64,000 bases of DNA, from assembly GCF_902459465.1 (NCBI RefSeq), contig NC_047064.1, forward strand, positions 10,618,160 through 10,682,159, in the 5' to 3' direction. This DNA is from Asterias rubens (Eukaryota). Below, in pieces: positions 24,251 to 37,290 of this stretch (position 1 is the stretch's first letter; each line of letters opens with the position of its first letter). The position numbers and the translations under genes are program-made. The notes below the pieces were generated by a model. The model did not search any database, had not been told where the DNA came from, and was given only the letters and a program-made list of their open reading frames with translations.

Positions 24251-26125
24251 TAGTTAACAGTAAATAACGCAGATAAACACCAGGTGTGTTGGTTGACGTA
24301 GACCATAAACCAGTCACTAGCTGTGGCAATGCACACACTGTCTTATCATAATGTCTGCTCAGTATGATAAGGTCTATAGTGCAATTTGTACTGATTTCAT
24401 CAAATGCCTTTAAACCATATTTTGGAGCTCCTGGTAAATGGAGTTTATATACAATAATGATCTTCAAAGCATTTCTTTAGCAAGAATAAACATTTATTTT
24501 TGTTAAAGTTTTTTTCTTCTTCAAATTTAGACACAATTTTAATTAAACAACAGTTTGATCTTTATGAGTTTGAAACTGCAATTACAGACCCAGTTCTGAG
24601 CCAACAACATTATACCGGGGTACTTCTCAAATAGAAAGACTGTAACTGGTTTTTTTTCTTTCTTTATGGTAACAATCCTCAATATACTAGTTGCAACTCA
24701 AATGCAGGTGGGTCATCAAACTTCCCATTTACCCCTGGGTGGAGAGAAGCAATAATGGTTAAGTGTCTTGATCAGGGGCACAAGTGTCACGACCGGGATT
24801 CAAACCCACACTCTGCTGAACAGAATCAGCAGAGCTTGAATTTGGTGCTCTGAACCGCTCAGCCACGACACCCCAATATCATCAAATACCAGATACTTCT
24901 TTTTACCTGTCATTATCAGTTAGATGTAATTACTCAAAATAATAAAAACGACTTGGTTTCATAATTAATTTACTCCTGTTTTATGACATAACCCTGTGCA
25001 GAAATGGGATCAATCTGACGGCTATTTGTGGCTGGTGGGTCACGATGAAGTACCTGAAATTTTTATTGGGTCGCTGGCGTATATTTTTACTGATCGCTAG
25101 TCTATGTCATAGTTAACCCACCATTCATTGAGTTCTAATAATGTGCAATGTTACTTTATTCAAAATCTTTTGTGTAATCTTGTCCTGATTTGCTGCACAC
25201 CAAAACTGTTTTCCTACAATGCTGGGCATACTTTTAGTGTAATTTCCCCCCCCCCCCAAAAATAAATTGTCATCGTTTGAGGACTTTGTTACAACAGAAG
25301 TTTAGAATCCTTAGTCTTGAAAATGGAGGTAATAGCCAAGTCCAATTATTTACTTTTCTTGCATTGAAATCCTCATCCTGAAACTAGCCCATTACGGTGG
25401 ACACATTATTATAACACTATTTGGTTTGGGAGGATTGGTCTGTATACACCCAACCTCGCTACCATGGGCAGCGCGCCGTATCACCTGCTAGCTCTGCGTA
25501 CGTCTCTAACCCCTGGGAGGGAAACTCCGATCCGTGTCTTTGATTGGCTATCATATGCGCCCAAAGTTTGAAACGCTGTGTGTCTCCAAAAAGCTCTATA
25601 CGCTGAAACGCGTGCGTAGAAGATGTTCGTATTCACTTTTTTGTCACAACACTGAATGCCAAGAAGGCAAGTTTATGACTTTTATTACACACAGCGCATC
25701 CAGCGGGTGCACGACTAACGCCCAACACAGAACGGATCAACCACAGGACTCATTGTAATATCCCTTATAGTTGGATATTTTGGGGTTACACTTCCAGGGG
25801 TTATGATCGAGCAAGGCATGCTGGGAAAAAATGGCGCGGCGAGATCGACCACCCCTGGGAACGAGGTTGGTATACACCCAAACCAAAAAATGCACTCCTA
25901 TATTGGCCATCAAACCTCAAAAAAGGGTTATGCAGTTCCTATGGCCTTCAGTGGAGCCAGTTTGTGTGGAATGGGCATGGCTTTATTTACAGTGAAATCA
26001 CACATGATTGAAGGAGGAGTCTAAGAAAGTAATTGGTTATTGGTTGATGGAAAAGGAATGGTGTGTGGTGTATAAAACTGTTAATACACATTCATGATTT
26101 GCTTCATGATCTTCCTAAACTAATT

Positions 26126-26512
26126 ATTTGTTAAAGGGACACGTTGCCTTGGATATGTCGAGTTGGTCTATAAAAGCGTTTGTAACCGTTTGTTATAAAA
26201 TGCATATGGGTAGAAAGATGATGTAAAAGTAGAATACAATGATCCACACAAACATGCCTCTAAATTGCAAGGTTTTCCTTTTACCTCGTCAACTAACATG
26301 GTCAGCCATTTACGGGAGTCAAATTTTTGACTCCCATAAATGGCCAACCGTGTTAGTTCGCACAGTAAAAGGAAAACCACGTAATTTTGAGGCAAATGTG
26401 TGTGGATCATTGTATTCTACTTTTACATCATCTTTCTACCCAGATGCATTTTATAACAAATGGTTACAAATGCTTTCATCCGATCCAATAAAACGTGTTC
26501 CTTTAAGGTAAT
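26126..26512. mobile_element. Foldback element MITE-F: a near-perfect ~190-bp inverted-repeat palindrome.
   Basis: The arms run from aaagggacacgttgccttggatatgtcgagttggtctataaaagcgtttgtaaccgtttgttataaaatgcat... and mirror around the centre ggagtcaaatttttgactcc (~26330). Supplied ORFs 26168-26410 (-) and 26239-26511 (+) are mirror artefacts of this palindrome. Confidence 0.85.
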
Positions 26513-26552
26513 ATCTTTTTTCACCCAATTTTGATTTTTTTCACTACCGCAG

Positions 26553-26614
26553 GATCTGGGTTTGAATTTCTATGTAATAGCAGAATCATTTGAGACAACT
26601 GTACCATGGGACAG
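26553..26614 (+). CDS. AGPS: AGPS exon. Encodes DLGLNFYVIAESFETTVPWD(R).
   Basis: Matches human [21 protein letters not shown]. Acceptor cactaccgcag| and donor CAG|gtgaga. Confidence 0.88.
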
Positions 26615-26825
26615 GTGAGAATATTATACATTTTTTATTTATTAATTTCGTTGATGATATTCTCTTTCGTTTTCTTGTTATTGTATTTGTTATTTTATGA
26701 AGGGGTGGGGGGATGAGATTCAGTGTACATTTAGTGGTTAATTCATATTAAGACATCTGCTCTAGCAATGCAAAGGTTGTGGGCTCGATTTTTTTCACAG
26801 GACTCTGGAAAGTAGTTTTATAAAA

Positions 26826-27190
26826 AGTGCTTAAAGGAACACGTTGCCTTGGATAGGGTCGAGTTGGTCTTTGAAAAGCATTTGTAAGTCTTTGAAAAGC
26901 GTTTGTAACCGTTTGTTATAAAATGCATATGGGTAGAAAGATGTTGTAAAAGTAGAATACAATGATCCACACAAACATGCCTCGAAATTGCACGGTTTTC
27001 CTTTTACCTCGCCGACTAACGCAGTCGGCCATTTATGGAAGTCAAATTTTGGCCGACCATGTTAGTTTGCACAGTAAAAGGAAAACCACGCAATTTTGAG
27101 GCAAACTGGTGTGGTTCATTGTATTACATCTTTCCAACCATATGCATTTTATATTCAATTCCCATCCACGGCAACGTGTTCCTTTAATAT
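26826..27190. mobile_element. Second complete MITE-F foldback copy.
   Basis: It has the same arms, and its centre ggaagtcaaattttggccgacc lies ~700 bp downstream of AGPS exon 17. Confidence 0.85.
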
Positions 27191-27941
27191 TCGTTGGTGT
27201 GAGAGTAAAAGAAAATAATTTGTTTTTGAAAATTTTGAAAAGCTCAGAATTACAATAACTGAGAAAATTTGCAAGTGCGCCTCTTATGCTCCTATTGCAA
27301 ACTCTCAATTTCTATCAAAATTGTTTTTACTAGGCCTTTAGAGAGATTGCACATGACATCATTGAACACCATCTTTGGTGAAACGTGCACGCATGCAAGG
27401 CTATCATTGGCTGAGAGTTTTGCGCAGCGCGTACATGCGTGCACTTTTGTTTATCATCAAATATGGGCCATAAGTGAGTCATCTCTTACACGTTTGGTAA
27501 TTGTCAAAGACCAGTGTTCTCACTTGGTTTATCCAATCAATAACAAGCCTGTGAAAATTTGAGCTCAATTGGTCTTCAAAGTTAGGAGAAAATGATGGGG
27601 AAAAAACCACCCTTGTTGGACGAAATTGTGTGCTTTCAGATAGTAATAAAATAATAGCTAGAAGTCTTTTCATATATTAGTGAGAAGTTACCTCTTTCTC
27701 AAGAACTACGTTACTTCACAGGGAGTCGTTTCCCATAATGTTTTATACTATCAACAGCTCCCCAATGCCTGTTACCAAGTCAGTTTTTAAGTTAATATTT
27801 GTTTTGAGTACATGTAATTACCAAATATGTACCTTCCCTTTAATTGTCAAAATTATGCAGGTTCATAAAGAGTTGCACTGCCTCCTCACTTTTAAATAAG
27901 TGTATGGTAAGAAAGTGCTAACCCAACCCTCCATTGGTTAA

Positions 27942-28088
<147 letters not shown>

Positions 28089-28221
28089 TAAGACTTCAAT
28101 GTTAATGGATGGTATAAATGGCTAGTATGTAAGGCACTCACCTCTCGCCAATGTGCCCATGGTTCTATTCCCAGCTAAGGCCATTCATTTTAGCGACATG
28201 GCATCCGGTTCAAGCCACTTG

Positions 28222-28480
28222 TGTGGTGCGTCATGGCCTAGCGGTTAAGAGCACCGCTCTGGTTTTTGAGCAGCAGAGTGTGGGTTTGAGTCTCGGTTGT
28301 GACACTTGGTACGTAAAATTGGGGAGGTTTCTGGGGAGGTTTCTGACCCAAGCCTACATTCGTATGGACTGTAAATGGGGTAACCCTGTTTTAGCCCTAG
28401 GAGTCGGTAGCAATGGCCCCTGGCAAAAAATTATTGTAGCCCACACCTTAAAGTGGCCTTGATGACTTGTGTGTCTGGCG
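28222..28480 (+). mobile_element. SINE-B copy in the intron after AGPS exon 18.
   Basis: Head gtcatggcctagcggttaagagcaccgctctggtttttgagcagcagagtgtgggtttgagtctcggttgtgac. Confidence 0.75.
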
Positions 28481-28542
28481 AATTGCATAAACAAAACTAT
28501 CCTCCCTGATCTCAAACTTATTTTACAAATTTCATGTTCTGA

Positions 28543-28713
<171 letters not shown>

Positions 28714-29849
28714 TAAACGTTTATTCCATACTCTTGTTGGAAAAAAAACAATTGTGAGAATTAAACAGTACATAGAAATTTAAAAAATCTAAAGTGCATT
28801 AAATTATACAAAAAAAAGCAATATAATCTAAAAGCAAATAATAAATTAATAACTAGGAATTAACTATGTACAAGACAGGAACGAGAGCATGAGGCTGTTA
28901 GATAAGCCGTGGCTTGTAGACAACAGCCTTTATACAGACAAGAAAACACACAAACAACCAAAAACAAACAAACAAACAAACAAATAAACATCGGAAGAAG
29001 AAGCAAGGGCAAGACAATTACACAATGACAATACAAAATACTGACGACAAAATACAAAGAATGTTAAACCAGGCTAACTGAAGACGACAAAAGAAAATAA
29101 ATAAGTGGAGAGAAAAGCTATGTTACATAGTGGGAGAGGAGGACTCTTTTGTAAACAAAATGTCCCCCTAAAAAAGCCAAATGATGAGTAACTAGCACTC
29201 TGCCCAAAAATGGAAACTAAGTATGATGAAGTAACGCAAGTAGCGGGATCTCAGAGAGCAATCATGTCCAAGCCATTGGCAGTGGTTTATGTTGACTTGT
29301 GTGTACTGTACTGCTGCAGTCTGGCACACTGATTACTACTGCAGTAGTGCAAACAAATTTCGTGATCGCTAACGTGAGTGGTAAAAAGTTTGTCTGATTT
29401 TTGGAGTAAAAGTGACATCACTAGTGCAAAATGCTAATACAAGGTGTATCCTTTGGTTTGTGACATTCATCTCTGAAAAAGTTATGAATTTGTCTAATAA
29501 TGATAACAAGATCAACAAAAGCAAAAAAAATTCTTATCAAATTATAAAGATTTTCGTTCACTAATATCTGAGCATTCTCCATGATCATGATCATAGAAAG
29601 ACATGGCTCTTACAGACTACTGAAATAATTTAACGTTGACAAGTGAGCAAAAAACTTAAATTTGCTGTAAAACATCTTGAAGTTGATAATAAATTTGATG
29701 TTAAATTGGTCTTTGAATGAGAGCTTTGTTGTGTGTATCACGCTGGAGTGGTCAGGCATTGTGTTCACAGGCATTGATTCATGTGGTTAAGTCAAAGTTC
29801 AAGTTAACACCAGGGTTAACAAGACAGTTCATTCAATTTCTATCACCAG

Positions 29850-29907
29850 GCTGCAGCTAGGGACGAGATCTTGGGTCTTGGAGGAAGTCTATCGCATCAC
29901 CATGGAG
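29850..29907 (+). CDS. AGPS: AGPS exon. Encodes AAARDEILGLGGSLSHHHG.
   Basis: Matches human AAAREEILANGGSLSHHHG(VGK). Acceptor ctatcaccag| and donor GAG|gtaaaa. Confidence 0.9.
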
Positions 29908-30390
29908 GTAAAAATATAAATCTTGTTGTTTTCTTATCAATATCAAGAGATAATTCGGTTTAATTGGTTATAAAATTCAAATTTACCTATCAAAAACCTG
30001 CATCACATTGCTTTCTCTCAAATGTGGCGCTTAGGCTCTGTTTTAAGTAGGGACCTTAAATTTGCTTTGGCTAGGTCTTGTTCACTGTGTCTGTTATTCT
30101 GCAAGTAATGAGGTGTAGTGGTTCGAATTAGATTTGATGGTTTAACAACTTATAACAGTTTACTCTGAAGACGGTTGGAGCATTTGTAATGTACTGATTG
30201 AAATATCAAGTTCTCAAAATCACCAGGGCCCGATTTCGTGGCTCTGCTTAATACCGCCCAATGCTGTGCTTACAATCACCATTCTTTGCGTTCTGTGAAA
30301 CCGCCGAATTTTTACACTAGCTGTGTCAAAGAGAAGATTGCAGAGTAACATGTTTTACACACTTGTACAAGGCCAGACGGCCACTTTAAA

Positions 30391-30770
30391 GGCAGTGGAC
30401 ACTATTGGTAATTACTCAAAATAATTATCAGCTTAAAACCTCACTTGGTAACGAGTAATGGGGAGAGGTTGATAGTATAAAACATTGTGAGAAACGGCTC
30501 CCTCTGAAGTGACGTACAGTTTTGAGAAAGAAGTAATTTTCCACGAATTTGATTTTGAGACCTCAAGTTTAGAACTCTTGAAATCAACCATCTAAACGCA
30601 CACAAGTTCGTATGACAAGGTTGTTTTTCTTTCATTGTTATCTCGCAAGTACGACGACCAATTGATCTCAAATTTTCACAGGTTTGTTACTTCATGCATA
30701 TGTTGAGATACACCAAGTGAGAACACTGGTCTTTGACAATTACCAATAGTGTCCACTGTCTTTAAGGTGA
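30391..30770 (-). mobile_element. MITE-C copy.
   Basis: Reverse orientation. Supplied ORFs 30441-30671 and 30676-30933 (-) lie inside it, so they are spurious. Confidence 0.8.
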
Positions 30771-31341
30771 AGGCTACACATAACCGATTTGGGAAACGAC
30801 CAAAATCAACTGTCACCAGGGGCATGTTGCCATCTACTCCTGGGGCTGAAACAGGGTTATTCCTTTCACAGTCTGCAAGGACGTAGGTATGGGTATCATC
30901 CACTAGGAGCCTGGTTGGTGAAGCAGAATGCACTATATACCTGTAGCCCTCACTTTGGTCATATTCATAGTCAATATTTAAGTCTTTATATTAGTCACAT
31001 TCAAAATGTTCAATATATTTTGAACCATCCTCATAAAAGTGTGGCCGGGTTGGCGGAATGGTATCTTTCCTTGCATTCAACTTCTAGGATACCAGGTGGA
31101 ATCACGCCGAGGGCACTGTAGGCTTTCAGTCTCCACTTGACTGCGTGGGTTTATCCTGGAATAATTCTCTGGGGTTTTCCTCCCACATCTAAAGCTGAAA
31201 CTTCCTTCCTTGTCTTTTCTTCCTTGGGTTCTTGGTTAATACAGTGATTAAGTTTCCCTTTTCTGAGAGTCCTTGGCTTCACAACCACAGTTAATAAATG
31301 AAATGGTTTTTAATTGCACAATTTCCACTTTTTTTAACCAG

Positions 31342-31463
31342 TTGGTAAGGTGCGGAAACAGTGGATGCCAAAAGCCATCTCGCAGCCCGGCTTGGATACG
31401 CTACGAGCAATCAAGAAGCATCTCGACCCTCAGAATATCTTTGGGAATGATTGCCTGCTCTGA
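31342..31463 (+). CDS. AGPS: AGPS terminal coding exon. Encodes VGKVRKQWMPKAISQPGLDTLRAIKKHLDPQNIFGNDCLL*.
   Basis: Matches the human C-terminus [40 protein letters not shown]. Acceptor ttttttaaccag| and stop TGA at 31461-31463. I did not see a canonical AATAAA within ~250 bp downstream. Confidence 0.9.
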
Positions 31464-31869
31464 AGAAAAAACAACAACAACAACAAAAAATAAGATTTGG
31501 CCTGACATAAACGAGTAAACAACACTTTTGATATGGTTGGGTTTCGAGTTCGATGATGTCCAATTTTACAAGTGAAATACTTTTTTGGTTATTTATTGAA
31601 ATGTTAAATAATATTCGGAACCGATTTATAATAATTGTCATGCCTAACTATTTCAAGACAGATAGGTGAGAAAAATTTATAATTTTTTTTATTTTACATT
31701 TTGAGATTTTATTGACCTATATTTTCATCATTTTCTGACAAAAATTCCTCAAAGGAATTTGGGATATCAGTTGATGCAGATTTACATGTAGATCAAATTG
31801 GGGTGGGTAGGAGGGGAGAATAAACGTAAAATAAATGCTAGATTCCAAAAGAATGCACCATTTTTTTAC

Positions 31870-32150
31870 CGTGTGAGGGCGTTCTCAATTTACTGTTATC
31901 ACTTCCGGGGGTATACACGATTCGGCCTGCACAGTTGTAATGGGCGTTCTGTCACTTTTGTTGCGCCGTAGTTTAAATTTTCTTTAAAGGTTGAATATCA
32001 CGGCTCCGTTAAAGGTCTTATTGTCCATGGTGGATAAGATGTCCATAGTGGTAATGTGTTTCAGTCGTTGATAACTGTGTTGGGTATGAATGAATATACA
32101 TGTACCCCCGGAAGTGATACAAATATATTTGAGAGTGCCCTCACACGGTC
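31870..32150. mobile_element. ~280-bp MITE with ~45-bp TIRs downstream of AGPS.
   Basis: ccgtgtgagggcgttctcaatttactgttatcacttccgggggtatacac matches the reverse complement of atgtacccccggaagtgatacaaatatatttgagagtgccctcacacgg. Confidence 0.65.
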
Positions 32151-33249
32151 AAAAATATGGCACATTGGAGAATGACATTCGATTTAGTGTAATTGTGACA
32201 TTTTAGAGGTTTTAACCCTCCGACTGATTGAGCATTTGATATCATTCAAAAATCCATTCATCGTGCTTACCCTAATTAGCTTTGTACACATTCAATAGCT
32301 TTAAACTTTGATCAGATGATCAAAGTGTACACAACCATTCATGATCAGTTTAGTGTGTAAATGGTTCAGATTGTGAAGCAGTGGCTGGGTCCCACAAGGA
32401 TATAGGAGGTTTACATTCTGTATTGTGGGTTTATGTACATGGAATCCAAATACAAAAATCAAGCATTTGTCTTGAGTTGACCTGTCTGTAAGGCCAGTGG
32501 TGTACCTGAGAGAGGGTGGGGTTAGCAAGTTTACCTGGTAAGCATTTCTTACCATACGCTAAATTTAACTATGAATGCAATGAGGAGGCAAATATGCAAA
32601 TCTTCTTCAGTTTGCCTTGTGAAGTGAGGACTCATTATGTCCCAGGAAGACCTACTGTGCTAAGCATAAATCTCTGCCAAGTGGTTGGCAAAATAATAAT
32701 CAAAATTCATACCAGTAATTTTGTCCAATAGGTTGCGCTAACATAAAAACTATCAAAGTGGTTATCTATGTTGCAATATGCATTACGATTAACCTTTTGA
32801 GTGTTGCATTAAAAATGGGGGGGGGGGTATCCACATCTCCCCTGTAGCTATGCTGCTGAGGCTTCCTGTGTTTCTGAAGGAGTAGGATTGGGGCATGCAA
32901 GAAACTTTTATTTAAGAGTGTCTTCCAAGAAGTTGCCAATCATGAGTGATGTTAATGGACCCTTCCCATGAAATTACTAATTACTTTCACACATGCTGGC
33001 AAACGCCATAGAGTTGTGCACTAAGTAGACGCCACGCACCCATTAGCCGTGTACAAAACAACGCGATATTCCCTCATTTTGCCAACCAAAATGTAAGTGC
33101 GCAGGCGCTATGTGCAATTTACATATTATGGGAAGGGTCTATTGTCTTATATGTGTGCTACATATGTGCAACGGCTAAAAATTGTAATGTTTAAATAACA
33201 CATTCTTATATTTGACAAATGCTGTCACCATCTTGGTCATGTTCTCTGT

Positions 33250-33313
33250 TTTCATAATCTGATAACAGTAATGAATGCTTTTCATAATCTGATAACAGTA
33301 ATGAATGCTAACA
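33250..33313. repeat. 32-bp direct tandem duplication.
   Basis: ttttcataatctgataacagtaatgaatgct occurs twice in tandem. Confidence 0.85.
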
Positions 33314-34037
33314 TTCATTGCTCAAACATGGCACCAGACTATTATTTCGTCCAGCATCAGTTTGGTTACACTGTTGGAATGGAGTAAAATCAAGATGGCC
33401 GCACCATGATAAAGGTATATTGAAATGGATTTGTTTTTTGCTTTACACTGTATGTGCTCCCTATTATATGAAATTTGACTCTCATGAGCATATTAAAATC
33501 GGCTGGTCTTGTCTACCAGTGTGAGAAGGCATCGAACATATTTTGGTAGAGTATCGAGTTAAGCTTATTTATGTTTTACTTTCCAATTGTGTGATTTTCC
33601 ATGTCATTATACGTATACATTGTATACATTACTATTAGAAGAAGAAATCAACCCAACTGACACACAACATGAGATTGCACAGCATGCACTGATTGTACAG
33701 ATGTTTTATTGCCAAACTATTGTTCGTTAATGTACACCATTGGAACTATGTCACCCAACATGAAACAACAAACCTGTGAAGCTATATGTTAAATTCAATT
33801 TCATAGGAGTCAACAAATAGTGAGTGAACAGACTGATACATTTCACAGTTCAAGAACATTGAGTTTGGTCTTGCTTGATTAGTTAATGTTTTACTTATTT
33901 GTCAAAAACTAAAGCATTTCAGGCAAAAATATTTCAAGGGAAGTTTTCACTTATGATACCACATTGCTTTTGTGCAAACATTAAAGTCACAGTTTGCGAA
34001 AGTTTCTGCTTCATATCAGTGTTATATCTGAGAAAAC

Positions 34038-34330
34038 AGCAGCAAAACTCTGGCCGAGCAATAAGAGCACAAAATTCAAACTCTAGTGTTTCTGATCAGC
34101 AGAGTGTGGGATCGAATCCGTATACCCACTTAACCATTACTTCGTCTATCGGATGGGACGTAAAGCCGTTGGTCCCATTTGTTGTGCAACGCATGTTAAC
34201 GAACCCAGTGCACTTATCGAATAGAGAAGGGGTTTTGTCGCCCCTGTTTTCCTGGCCGTGGCTGCTGTATGCGCCGTAGCACCTTGTAAACCCTTAAAAG
34301 GTGCTATATAGTTGGGTCTCGGAATTCATC
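34038..34330 (+). mobile_element. SINE-B copy.
   Basis: Supplied ORF 33899-34279 (126 aa) lies entirely within this SINE. Confidence 0.75.
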
Positions 34331-35939
34331 ACTGCATTACCCTAACTTTCTGAAAGTTTGTGTATACTCAGCGCCTTGAGTACCTTGTTTGGTAGATACG
34401 TGCGCTATTATAAGACTTTGATAAAAAATTAAATTGTAAAGTAATTTTGTAGTCCTTGTGGATTTTTACGAAATTATTTCCACCTCACTGAGATATACAC
34501 TCCACTGTAATAATAGTTATATTTCTTAACGACATACAAATAAATGCAGTTCAAAATTGTGTACAAAACAAACCTGAGAAATACCTTATCATTAGCAGAT
34601 TGGTTACACTTCAGACCTATGTTTCAACACCCCTCACGTAATGCATTTGTCCTAACCCTATCAATCCTTAAATCTTAATCCTTATCCTAATGTTTCCATA
34701 GGTTACAATAGGTTATTGGAACAAAGGTTTGACCATCATGTTAAACAAATTAATTGTAGCTTATAACAATAAACACAGTTCATTTAATTTCAAATAATTA
34801 AAAACTTTCAGTATCCAGTCAATAGGTTGCTAAAAATGTGACTGCCCACTAAAAGAAATGCAGTAACTGTTTTGTATGGGATTGAACATGTGAGGTATTC
34901 GGCACAGGCAGAGTTTGTCATCACACTTTTCCTAAGCCTCTGGCTTTCTTCAAATATGTTCTTGCGTACGATGTTTATATTTCTCTAACTTTTTGTTTTG
35001 ACCTGATGGTACAAAATATCTGAGGTTCCTATTTCATAGGCTAGCTATGATTCTATAAATAAGTGGACCAAAAATAGCATTTTGTTTATCGGAATCATGA
35101 TGAGAACTTGCACTAAAAATTCGAAATCTTTTATGACATTCCAAAACTTATGTAAAAGTAATTGCAATGCAACTTTAATCTTAAGCAAAAACATATTAAG
35201 TAATAATATGTCAGGAAAAGAAATGTTTGTTAACAATACAGATATTAAAACAATAAACCACAAGGTAACTGACTGGGTAAATTGTAAATTATATAGTCAT
35301 ATACCGAGGGGAAATTCAACTGATACTGTATAGCAATCCCACAGGCTTCCAGATGATCTTGAGATTGTGTTTCACCATTCCATGGGTGAACATGAACACT
35401 TCCTTGGCTGGGGTTATCAGGTGTGTCAACAGTATTACTCTCAGGTGTGTCAACAGTATTACTCTCTACACGACACTCATTTGTTCGTGTACGAATCAAT
35501 GGGATATTTCCACTAGTCAGACTATTATAGTCTATGTTGTAAAAAAAACAGCGAGTAATAGTGTTTATCAAGCATATTCTTTTAGAAGTTGTGGTAAATT
35601 CAAATGCAGAGTAAATTTAACTTAATGCATGATTAGGCCTATTCAGCGTTTGAATTTCATTGACCTCCAACACAGTTGCAAGCATGCAGCCTGGCTTTGT
35701 TTTAAGGAATGGTTTTTTTTAACTTTGTCCGTAAAAGAAAAGAGCATGCTGCCGATTTTGTACTAATGTCTACATACAATGTATCAATGTATAATCTGAT
35801 AGGTGCTACTTTTCTCCCAAAGTATTTTATGATTTAAATTATTAGTCCTAAACAATTGCATAACATCAGTGTAAACCACTGAAAGACACTCTCCCTGATA
35901 CACTAGCCCTCCAATGAATTCCTGAGATTCACACAACAC

Positions 35940-36000
35940 CCGGAACAGGTGTAGCCTACCTACGGCCAATCACACCAGCCACGCCACGTGGGATTTAGTT
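35940..36000 (+). promoter_or_regulatory. Candidate promoter motifs: CCAAT box plus E-box.
   Basis: The sequence ggccaatcacaccagccacgccacgtggg lies just upstream of a GC-rich 13-bp minisatellite. It sits in the region where the unlocated 5' end of the Rab-like gene should be. Confidence 0.2.
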
Positions 36001-36114
36001 AATTTGAAAAACTTTGGTAAGCTTTTTCCATCGTTGGAAAATTTTCAAATTGAGCGCATGAGGCTTAAAACATCGAGCAGCGCCATCTCTACTGGACAAG
36101 TCTCCAAATGCGCC

Positions 36115-36290
36115 GATCGAATACCAGTCATCTCGCCCCCCAGCAAAGTCGCCCACAACAAAGTCGCCCCCCCCAGCAAAGTCGCCCACTACAAAGTCGC
36201 CCCTCACAAAGTCGCCCCCTGACATAGTCGCCCCCAACAAAGTCGCCCCCGACACAGTCGCCCCCTAACAAAGTCGCCCAAGAAGATTTC
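36115..36290. repeat. 13-bp GC-rich minisatellite (A[CA]AAAGTCGCCCC)n, ~12 units.
   Basis: Imperfect tandem copies. Supplied ORFs 36004-36222 (+) and 35995-36255 (-) are artefacts of this repeat. Confidence 0.85.
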
Positions 36291-36769
36291 ACTAAGTGAG
36301 GGCGCCCTTTGTTAGCGGTTTAGATTCAACCATTGGAGATTTCAGTCTTGGCGAATGCTCTGTCTTTTCGCTAGATAACTAATTAGCTATTTTTTTTTTT
36401 TTTTATACTTTGAATTGGCCTTCTAATATTATGTAAATCTGTATCGAACATAGACAGTTTTCTGAATTAAATTAAGCATGCCAACCATTTTAGATTGTAT
36501 ACATAATTATTGCTGTGCATAATTTTTAATCCATACCGGAAACAAATTTTTATACCCAATATTTTTAGTTAATGTTTTTAATCAATTTGTTTTAACGATA
36601 AACAATTGTTATGACTAAAATGTGATTTTGTCTGTAGGCCTAGTGATCGACTTAGGGTTTTAATTAAAGTAGGCAACCTGTCAACTTATCACTTCAAATA
36701 ATGTATCAAAACACATCAGTTTTAGAGTTAACATAATTTTATTCAATTAAACAACATATAGACTAAAAA

Positions 36770-37290
36770 AAGGTTTTATATATAATAAAAAAAACAATTA
36801 GAACTTTATTTAAAAGCAAATATGTAACCACCATAACTTTTAATAAATTCGCGAATAATTACCATTGCACAAACATTTGCTTCAACATGGAGGGGAAAAA
36901 AATTAAACAAATTGAGTTTGAAGTTTACATCAACAAAAAACAAATAAATAAATGCAAATAAAAACAACCCATCAGTTACACGGAAATAACAAATATTTTA
37001 AAAAGTTTGAAGTTGGAAAAAGTAGTACATGTATTTAAAAAAAAAAAAAAAGTTTTGGAGTAGAACAAAAAATTAGAACTATATTCAAAAACAAATAAAT
37101 AACCACAATAACTTTTAATAAATCCGCGAACAAAAAATTAGAACTTTATCTAAAAACAAATAAATAACCACAATAACTTTAAATCAATCCGCGAATCCGC
37201 GAACTTTTAATAAATCCGCGAACAAAAAATTTGAACTGTATTTAAAAAAAAAAACATAACCACAATTACTTTTAATAAATCCGCGAATGC
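36770..37290. repeat. Tandem array of a ~57-60-bp AT-rich unit (~5 copies).
   Basis: The unit ...aaaaaattagaactttatctaaaaacaaataaataaccacaataacttttaataaatccgcgaac... repeats. The array is bracketed by the duplicated flank gaatgctYtgtcttttcg...aattagcta (36355 and 37285). Confidence 0.8.

Noticed and set aside
26168-26511. A pair of overlapping 80-90-aa ORFs on opposite strands with near-identical protein sequences.
   Set aside because: They are mirror artefacts of the perfect MITE-F palindrome, because both strands read almost the same sequence.
33899-34279. The 126-aa ORF on the plus strand.
   Set aside because: It lies entirely within a tRNA-derived SINE-B copy (the head ctggccgagcaataagagcac... 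and the body).
35995-36255. The Gly/Asp-rich minus-strand ORF (GDFVVGDFAGG repeats) and the overlapping plus-strand ORF.
   Set aside because: They are products of the 13-bp GC-rich minisatellite. The periodicity matches the repeat unit, not codon structure.
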